Shown here piece by piece: positions 57,447 through 64,000 of a DNA stretch of 64,000 nt. The notes below the pieces were generated by a model. It did no database searches. It was not told the origin of the DNA and worked only from the letters and a program-made list of their open reading frames with translations. The translations under genes were made by a program, and so were the position numbers. How positions within the stretch are numbered: position 1 is the stretch's first letter; each line of letters opens with the position of its first letter. The stretch covers positions 192,001 through 256,000 of the forward strand of contig CAXXVZ010000005.1 of NCBI GenBank assembly GCA_963678065.2, written 5' to 3'. The DNA comes from Treponemataceae bacterium. GTDB lineage: Bacteria; Spirochaetota; Spirochaetia; Treponematales; Rectinemataceae.

Positions 57447-59057
57447 TCAGGGCTTCAGGGACGCGTAGACGAAATCATACACGGCGCCGATGAGGGGCCT
57501 CGAGAGTCCGACGAGTTTGGGGCTGTCGATGGACACTTTGCGCCTGAGCTGGAGGGGGATGAGGGGCGCGTCGGTGAGGAGTGTCTTCTCGGCCTGGAAG
57601 AGCATGTTCATGCGCTTGGCGGGATTGCTCTCCTTGAGAGCATCGCCCACGAACTTGTCGAAGGCGGGGCTCGAGTATCCGGAATTGTTCTGCGAGCTGT
57701 CGCCGAGCCAGATCTCCATGTAGGTCATGGGATCGTCGTAGTCGGGCATCCAGCCGCCGTAGACCATGTCGTACTGGTGCTGCTGCTCCATCTGGGTCCT
57801 CTGCTTGCGGGGGACGAGCTTGATCGTGAAATGGATGCCGAGGTTCTTCTCGACTTGCTGCTGAAGGGTTTCAGCCATGAGTCTCGTCTCTTCGAGATCC
57901 TGGATGAGGTACTCGACGGAGATCCTGGAGGGCGAGTCGATCTTGAGCTCGGCGAGGGCTTTGGCGAGGTATTCTTTGGCCTTGGCCGGATCACCTTTGG
58001 CAGTGTAGAAGTCGAGGGGGTACTCCTCTCCGTAGTGTTTGCTCACACCCATGACGATGGGCAGGACATACCGGAGTGCGGGCGTGTAGAGACCCTTGGT
58101 CGAGATATTGCAGTAGGATTCGCGGTCGATCGCCCAGCCGAGGGCCTTGCGGAAGTCGGCGTTCGCGAGCCAGGGCTTCTCGGGATTGGGCTTCACGTTG
58201 ATCTTGATGAAGTCGTCGGCGCCGTTGAAGAAGGGTTTGGCCTTCTGCTCGTACTGCTTGAAGAGGTTGGAGGGCACGTCCACGAAATCGAGTTCGCCGT
58301 TCTCGAACATCGAGAGGGCCGTGGTAGGATCGCTGATCTGGAGTATCTCGACGGCGTCGAGCTTGATCGCATCGCGATTCCAGTAGGCAGGATTCTTCAC
58401 GAGGTACTTGCTCTGCTCGTTCTTCCACTCCTTGAGGATGAAGGGGCCGTTGTACACGGCCTTGTCCGCCGAAGTGGCGTAACTTTCGCCGTACTTTTCG
58501 GCGATGTCCTTGCGGGTCGGCGCGAAGCAGTAGGCGCCGAGATATCCGATGAAGTAGGCGGTGGGGTTGTTGAGCGAAATCACGAGCTTCTTGGCGTCGA
58601 CGGCCTTTACGCCCACCGCGTCGGCGTTGGCGGTCTTCCCGAGATTGTAATTTTCTGCGCCCTTGATGTAGTAGGCCGCGAAGGCATACTCGGCGGCGGT
58701 CTTGGGATCGAGCAGCCGCTTGATGCCGTACTCGAAATCGTAGGCGGTGACCGGTTTCCCGTCGCTCCACTTCGCGTCGCGGAGTTCGAAGGTAAGGGTT
58801 TTCCCGTCGGATGAGGTGGTCCAGCTCTTGGCCATGCCGGGAGTCACCTTGCCGTCGACAGTGCGGATGAGCCCTTCGAAGAGGGCGTTGCCGACGGTAA
58901 AGCTGGGCGCCGCGTTGCTCTTCTGGGGATCGAGGGCGGGGATCTCCGAATCCATCGAGAACACCAGGGTGTTCTTGGGGCCGGCGAAGACCGGTGTGGC
59001 GAAAATCGCCAAACAGCAGAGAATGGCGCCGAGAACGATCGCTTGTCGATGCTTCAT
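57447..59057 (-). CDS. oppA: Oligopeptide ABC substrate-binding protein OppA
   Basis: Signal peptide. LDPQ, LFEGL, LTFELRDAKWSDGKPVTAYDFEY, YNGPF, GWMPDYDDPMTY. Confidence 0.93.
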   Translation of the reverse strand: MKHRQAIVLGAILCCLAIFATPVFAGPKNTLVFSMDSEIPALDPQKSNAAPSFTVGNALFEGLIRTVDGKVTPGMAKSWTTSSDGKTLTFELRDAKWSDGKPVTAYDFEYGIKRLLDPKTAAEYAFAAYYIKGAENYNLGKTANADAVGVKAVDAKKLVISLNNPTAYFIGYLGAYCFAPTRKDIAEKYGESYATSADKAVYNGPFILKEWKNEQSKYLVKNPAYWNRDAIKLDAVEILQISDPTTALSMFENGELDFVDVPSNLFKQYEQKAKPFFNGADDFIKINVKPNPEKPWLANADFRKALGWAIDRESYCNISTKGLYTPALRYVLPIVMGVSKHYGEEYPLDFYTAKGDPAKAKEYLAKALAELKIDSPSRISVEYLIQDLEETRLMAETLQQQVEKNLGIHFTIKLVPRKQRTQMEQQHQYDMVYGGWMPDYDDPMTYMEIWLGDSSQNNSGYSSPAFDKFVGDALKESNPAKRMNMLFQAEKTLLTDAPLIPLQLRRKVSIDSPKLVGLSRPLIGAVYDFVYASLKP

Positions 59058-59138
59058 TCAATACCTCCATTTCCTTCATCGCCGCCCTTGGGCGGCTAAT
59101 TCGACCTATGTAAAATCGAGCCTCAAGGACTCGCAGTC

Positions 59139-60242
59139 TCAGATTTCGAGGAGCCTGTCCTTCGGGAAACGCGTCAGGCACTCCGGACCGGAATCGCGGA
59201 TGAGCACTGTGTCTTCGATCCTGACGCCGCCCCAGCCGGGGATGTAGATGCCGGGCTCGCAGGTGATGACCATCCCCTGGGCGAGACTCTCCTCGCACCT
59301 GCGCGACATGAAGGGCAACTCGTGAATCTCGAGGCCGACGCCGTGGCCGACGCCGTACCCGAACTCGGGATAGCCCGAAGCCCTGATAGAGTCGCGGCAG
59401 ACGGCGTCGGGGAGCTTGCCCGAGGCGCTCACGGCCATCGCCTCGACGCCGCGGAGCTGGGACTCGAGTACCGTCCTGTAGACTTTCTTCTGCTCCGCGC
59501 TCGCCGCGCCGAAGACTACGGTCCGCGTTATGTCCGAACGGTATCCCTCGACGAGGACGCCGAAATCGAGGAGGATGAAGTCGCCGCGCCGCAACTTCGA
59601 ATCGCCTCGGGGCACAGCGTGGGGGAGCGAGGCCCGGGCGCCGAAGGCGGCTATCGTGGGGAAGCCTGCACCCTCACCGCCCGAGGCCGCGATGCGAGAT
59701 TCCAGTTCGCGGGCGAGATCGAGCTCAGACATGCCCTCGCAAAGGATTCCGAGCGTCGATTCCAGCGCGGCGTCCGTGATGGCGCAGGCCTTCCGGATGA
59801 GCGCGAGCTCGGCCTCGTCCTTCAGCATCCGGAGTCGCTCCACGATGTTCTCGGTCGGGGCAAGCTCGATTCCGCCGCTCCTCTCGACCTGAATCCGGAT
59901 GGCGTCGTACTGGGCGAAGGAGAGCTTGGCCTTCTCGAAGCCGATGCGCTTCAGCCCCGCCTCCGACGCGAGGCGCGCGATGACCTCGTCGTAGGGCGGG
60001 CAGGGGTCGCGGTGCTGCACCACCATCGCGGTCACGCACTCGCCCTGCGCCTGCTCCGTGTAGCGGGAATCGGCGATGAGCCAGCTGCCTTTGCCCGAGG
60101 CGAGGAGATAGCACTCGCTGCCCGTGTAGCCCTCGAGGAATCGCTGGTTGGCGTCGCGCGTGATGAGAAGCGCGTCGAGCCCGGCATCGGCGAGTGAGCT
60201 CCGGAGGCGGTCGGATCTGGTCGGTCCTTCACTCATGTTCAT
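59139..60242 (-). CDS. Xaa-Pro aminopeptidase (M24B)
   Basis: DSRY, LRMLKDEAE, LDFG, YRSDITRT, GHGVGLEIHE, EPGIY, GVRIED. Confidence 0.92.
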   Translation of the reverse strand: MNMSEGPTRSDRLRSSLADAGLDALLITRDANQRFLEGYTGSECYLLASGKGSWLIADSRYTEQAQGECVTAMVVQHRDPCPPYDEVIARLASEAGLKRIGFEKAKLSFAQYDAIRIQVERSGGIELAPTENIVERLRMLKDEAELALIRKACAITDAALESTLGILCEGMSELDLARELESRIAASGGEGAGFPTIAAFGARASLPHAVPRGDSKLRRGDFILLDFGVLVEGYRSDITRTVVFGAASAEQKKVYRTVLESQLRGVEAMAVSASGKLPDAVCRDSIRASGYPEFGYGVGHGVGLEIHELPFMSRRCEESLAQGMVITCEPGIYIPGWGGVRIEDTVLIRDSGPECLTRFPKDRLLEI

Positions 60243-60273
60243 TGTCGCTGTACCTCGCTTCAAGCGTTTTCGT

Positions 60274-61239
60274 TCAGACGAAGTGGCAGGCCACATCGTG
60301 GCCGGGCGCGATCTCGCGGAGTTCGGGGGCCCGTTCCCGGCAAGGCTTGGCCGCCATGGGGCAACGGAGAGCGAAGCGGCAGCCCGGCGGCGGGTCGATC
60401 GGACTGGGCACATCCCCTGAAAGGAGGGTCCGTTTTCTCGCCCTCTCCTTGTCGGGGTCCGCTATGGGGATGGCCGAGAGGAGGGCCTTCGTGTAAGGGT
60501 GGAGGGGATTCTCGTAGAGCTCTTCGCTCGTGGCGGTCTCCGCGAGGGCTCCCAGGTACATCACCGCGACGCGCTCGCTTATGTACTTGACCATGCTGAG
60601 GTCGTGGGAGATGAAAAGGTAGGTGAGGCCGAACTGATCCTGGAGCCTCTGGAGGAGGTTGACGATCTGGGATTGGATCGACACATCGAGGGCGCTGATC
60701 GGCTCGTCGCAGACGATGAAGGCGGGCTCCACGGCCAGGCTCCGGGCAATGCCTATCCTCTGGCGCTGTCCGCCCGAAAACTCGTGGGGGAAGCGGTTGG
60801 CGTGCTCTTTGGCGAGTCCGACGAGTTCCAGAAGCTCCCATATCCGCTCCATCCGCGCGCGGCCCGAGAAGAGTCCGTGGATGTCGATCCCCTCGCCCAC
60901 GATGTCGCCGACCGTCATGCGGGGATTGAGGGAAGAATAAGGGTCCTGGAAGATCATCTGCGCGTGACGGACGAACTCCCGCTTCTGCGCCTTGCCGAGG
61001 GTGGCGGTATCCTCGCCCTTGAAAAAAACCCTCCCGCCCGTCGGACGATAGAGGCCCACGAGGGCGCGTCCCGTCGTCGACTTTCCGCAGCCGGATTCGC
61101 CGACGAGTCCAAGGGTAGTGCCCTCCGGAATGGCGAGGGAAATCCCGTCCACGGCCTTCAGCGAGGAGCCTCCGGGGAGGTGAAAGTGGAGTTTGAGGTC
61201 GCGCGCCTCGACGAGAGGAGTGGCAGCCTTAGCGGTCAT
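60274..61239 (-). CDS. oppF: Oligopeptide ABC ATP-binding subunit (OppF-like)
   Basis: [27 protein letters not shown]. Confidence 0.93.
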   Translation of the reverse strand: MTAKAATPLVEARDLKLHFHLPGGSSLKAVDGISLAIPEGTTLGLVGESGCGKSTTGRALVGLYRPTGGRVFFKGEDTATLGKAQKREFVRHAQMIFQDPYSSLNPRMTVGDIVGEGIDIHGLFSGRARMERIWELLELVGLAKEHANRFPHEFSGGQRQRIGIARSLAVEPAFIVCDEPISALDVSIQSQIVNLLQRLQDQFGLTYLFISHDLSMVKYISERVAVMYLGALAETATSEELYENPLHPYTKALLSAIPIADPDKERARKRTLLSGDVPSPIDPPPGCRFALRCPMAAKPCRERAPELREIAPGHDVACHFV

Positions 61240-62296
61240 CGCAGACCTCCATCTCGAGCTTTGATCTCGTCGGGGTACCGTGTCTGGCGCGGGCTTTCTC
61301 GTGGTAGAGCCAGCAGGCCGCGCTGTGGTTCCCGCCCATAGGAAGGGCGCAGGGTTGGGCCCGCCTGCATATCTCCATGGCGAGGCCGCAGCGCGCCGCG
61401 AAGGCGCAGCCCGAAGGAGGAGCGAAGAGGTCCGGCGGCGTGCCCCGGATCGAGATGAGGCACTGGCTTCGGTCCAGGTCGAGCCTCGGACGGGACCGAA
61501 GGAGGGCCGCCGTATAGGGGTGGGCGGGCGAGTAGAAGATGTCCGCCGCGTCGCCCTCCTCCACTACCTTGCCCGCGTAGAACACCGCTATCCTGTCGGC
61601 CATGTTGGAGACGACGCCCATGTCGTGGGTTATGAGGAGGACGGCCGTGCCCAGCTCATCCTTGAGATTGCGTATCAGGTCAAGGATCTGCGCCTGTGTG
61701 GTCACGTCGAGGGCGGTCGTGGGTTCGTCCGCGATGAGCAGCTTGGGCTTGCAGACGACGGCCATCGCGATGACGGCCCGCTGCCGCATGCCGCCCGAGA
61801 ACTCGTACGCATAGCGCTTGAGCTGCCGTTCGGGCTCGGGGATGCCCACCATGCCCAAAACCTTGACGACCCGCTCGCGCGCCTCGGATCTCCTCATGCG
61901 CCTGTTGTGCTCCCTGAGGCCCTCCATTATCTGCTTCCCTATCGGCATGGTCGGATCGAGGGAGGTCATGGGGTCCTGGAATATCATGCCGATCTGCGCA
62001 CCGCGGATCGATTTCATCTTTCGCTCCGGGAGGGAGAGAAGCTCCCTCCCCTCGAAGCGGACGCTCCCCCCGATCTCCGCGGTCTGCGAGGAAATGAGCC
62101 GCATGATCATCTGCGCGGTGACACTCTTCCCGCAGCCCGACTCGCCCACCACCGCGAGGCACTCGCCCTTCCGTATAGAGAGGGATATGCCTCTGACCGC
62201 CCGCACCGAGCCCCCATACGTCCGGAAAGAGACTCGCAGATCATCTATATCAAGGAGCTTCCCGTTTTCGGGGACGCCGGTTTCCCGATTCAGCAT
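61229..62296 (-). CDS. oppD: Oligopeptide ABC ATP-binding subunit (OppD-like)
   Basis: [30 protein letters not shown]. Start MLNRETG follows an RBS. Confidence 0.92.
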   Translation of the reverse strand: MLNRETGVPENGKLLDIDDLRVSFRTYGGSVRAVRGISLSIRKGECLAVVGESGCGKSVTAQMIMRLISSQTAEIGGSVRFEGRELLSLPERKMKSIRGAQIGMIFQDPMTSLDPTMPIGKQIMEGLREHNRRMRRSEARERVVKVLGMVGIPEPERQLKRYAYEFSGGMRQRAVIAMAVVCKPKLLIADEPTTALDVTTQAQILDLIRNLKDELGTAVLLITHDMGVVSNMADRIAVFYAGKVVEEGDAADIFYSPAHPYTAALLRSRPRLDLDRSQCLISIRGTPPDLFAPPSGCAFAARCGLAMEICRRAQPCALPMGGNHSAACWLYHEKARARHGTPTRSKLEMEVCDDR

Positions 62297-62304
62297 GATT
62301 TCAC

Positions 62305-63306
62305 CTAGCTCCTGAGTTTGGGATCGAGCGCGTCCCGGAGGCCGTCGCCGAGAAGGTAGAGCGACAGCATCGTCGTACTGATGAAGAAGGAGGGGATGAA
62401 GAGCTGCCAGGGCGCAACCCTGAAGCTCTGCGCCCCGTAACGCGCGAGAAGTCCCCAGCTCGCGTTGGGCGGCTGCACGCCGAGCCCGATAAAACTCAGG
62501 AAGGCCTCGTTGAATATGGCGGAGGGGACAGCCATCGTGACGTTCGTGAGGATGAGGCCGATGGTGTTCGGAATGAGGTGCCTGAAAATGATGCGCGTGT
62601 CGCTCGCCCCGAGTTTCCGCGCGGCGAGCACGTACTCCTGGTTCTTGAGCTGGAGCATCTGCCCGCGCACGAGCCTCGCCGAGCTCACCCAGCCGACGAT
62701 GATCATCGCGACGACAAGGGGCGCTATCCCCGCGCCGAGGACGACCATCACGAGGATGGCGATGATGAGGTTGGGTATCCCGGAGAGGACGTCGATCACC
62801 CTCATGATGACCATATCGAGGCGTCCGCCGAAGTAGCCGGATATGCCGCCGATGCAGACGCCGATGAGGGCGTTGAGCGAGGCCGCGAGGAAGCCTATCG
62901 ACAAAGAAACCCGCGCGCCGACCCACACGCGCGCCCACATGTCGCGGCCCAGCGTATCGGTCCCGAACCAGTGCAGGGCGCTGGGCCCCTTGTCCATCTG
63001 CGCCTCGTCGATGGACCTGAAGTCGAAGCTGACGAGGGCGGGGCCTACTACGGAGCCGACGATGTAGAGCGCGATGATGCAGAGGCCGAGCATCGCCACC
63101 CTGTTGTGCCGGAGGCGGAGCCACGCGTCCTGCCAATACGTGAGACAGGGCCTGACGATGCGGTCCGCCTCGTCTCTGTCCCTCCCTGCGACGCTTTCGA
63201 AAAGCGCATCGTCCAGGTTTCCGGGATCGAGGGCCGTGTTTCCGTCCGCCGCGGCCCGCGTCGACGCAAATCCGGCGGAAGTCCGTTCTTCTGTGTTCCG
63301 TTTCAT
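62305..63306 (-). CDS. oppC: Oligopeptide ABC permease (OppC-like)
   Basis: HWFGTDTLGRD, EYVLAARKLGA, LGDGLRDALDP. Confidence 0.93.
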   Translation of the reverse strand: MKRNTEERTSAGFASTRAAADGNTALDPGNLDDALFESVAGRDRDEADRIVRPCLTYWQDAWLRLRHNRVAMLGLCIIALYIVGSVVGPALVSFDFRSIDEAQMDKGPSALHWFGTDTLGRDMWARVWVGARVSLSIGFLAASLNALIGVCIGGISGYFGGRLDMVIMRVIDVLSGIPNLIIAILVMVVLGAGIAPLVVAMIIVGWVSSARLVRGQMLQLKNQEYVLAARKLGASDTRIIFRHLIPNTIGLILTNVTMAVPSAIFNEAFLSFIGLGVQPPNASWGLLARYGAQSFRVAPWQLFIPSFFISTTMLSLYLLGDGLRDALDPKLRS

Positions 63307-63998
63307 GCTTGTTTCACATCCCTTCTATCCAGCCTTATCCGGGGATCGATGAAGCCGTAGAGGATGTCGACGAGGAAATTGGCTCCGATGAGGAAGGCGC
63401 CGTAGAAGACAGTGAGGCCGAGGATCTGCGAGTAGTCCAGGTTCTGTATGCCGAGGACGTAGTATTTGCCCATGCCGGGAATCGCGTAGATGGTCTCGAT
63501 CACGAAGGTGCCCGTCAGGATGGCCGCGGCGATCGGCCCGAGGATGGTCACCACGGGGAGGATGGCGTTCCTGATCTGATGCCGCGCGACGATTTTGGCC
63601 GTGGAGAGGCCCTTCGCCCTGGCTACCTTGATGTAGTCCTGGCTCACGACTTCGAGCATGCTGGCCCGCATGATGCGGGTGAGGAGGGCGGTCGTATAAA
63701 AGGAGAGCGCGAGTGTGGGCAGAACCGTGTACTTGAAGCCGCGCCAGAGGGCGATGGGCAGGAGCTTCAGTTTGAGCCCGAAGACGAATTGGAGCAGATA
63801 GCCGCTGACGAAATCGGGCAGCGATACGCCGAGCATCGCGACCACGATGCAGAGGTAGTCGAGCCACTTCCCTCTGTTGAGGGCGGAGACGATCCCGAGG
63901 CCGGTTCCTGCGATGAAGGCGAGAATGAGGGCGCGGATTCCCAGATCCGCGGAATAGGGGAAGGAATCGGCGATGAGCCGCGTGACGGGCACATTGTT
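63303..63998 (-). CDS. oppB: Oligopeptide ABC permease (OppB-like), 5'-truncated by the window edge
   Basis: DYIKVARAKGL, RNAILPVVT, DILYGFIDPRI. Confidence 0.92.
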   Translation of the reverse strand, partial: NNVPVTRLIADSFPYSADLGIRALILAFIAGTGLGIVSALNRGKWLDYLCIVVAMLGVSLPDFVSGYLLQFVFGLKLKLLPIALWRGFKYTVLPTLALSFYTTALLTRIMRASMLEVVSQDYIKVARAKGLSTAKIVARHQIRNAILPVVTILGPIAAAILTGTFVIETIYAIPGMGKYYVLGIQNLDYSQILGLTVFYGAFLIGANFLVDILYGFIDPRIRLDRRDVKQA

Positions 63999-64000
63999 GT

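Overview
GC-rich bacterial chromosomal segment, most likely from an anaerobic spirochaete (inferred from gene content and the treponemal style of the attC-like sites). The flanks (1-~42,100 and ~57,400-64,000) carry an SNF2 helicase with an uncharacterised partner and a deoxynucleoside kinase, two Opp/Dpp-type peptide ABC operons, tpx, fhs, recQ, lipid-handling genes, a CheR plus hybrid-kinase signalling module, and an unusual operon linking an AfuABC/FbpABC-like transporter, a PhoB/PhoR-like two-component system and a RapZ paralogue. The main feature is an AT-rich island of about 15 kb (~42,150-57,400). It holds about 16 unrelated, co-oriented small genes separated by degenerate, partly truncated attC-like sites, which looks like an integron cassette array with no integrase in the window (CALIN-like). 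Many of its core sites read GAC/GTC instead of the canonical AAC/GTT. The array also holds two copies of a 115-141 bp double-hairpin element with IS200/IS605-like ends at cassette junctions, and an intact ISAzo13-family IS (25-bp IRs, TAA target duplication) that splits a peptide deformylase gene. No rRNA, tRNA or CRISPR array was recognised. Product calls come from motif recognition by eye; no database search was run.
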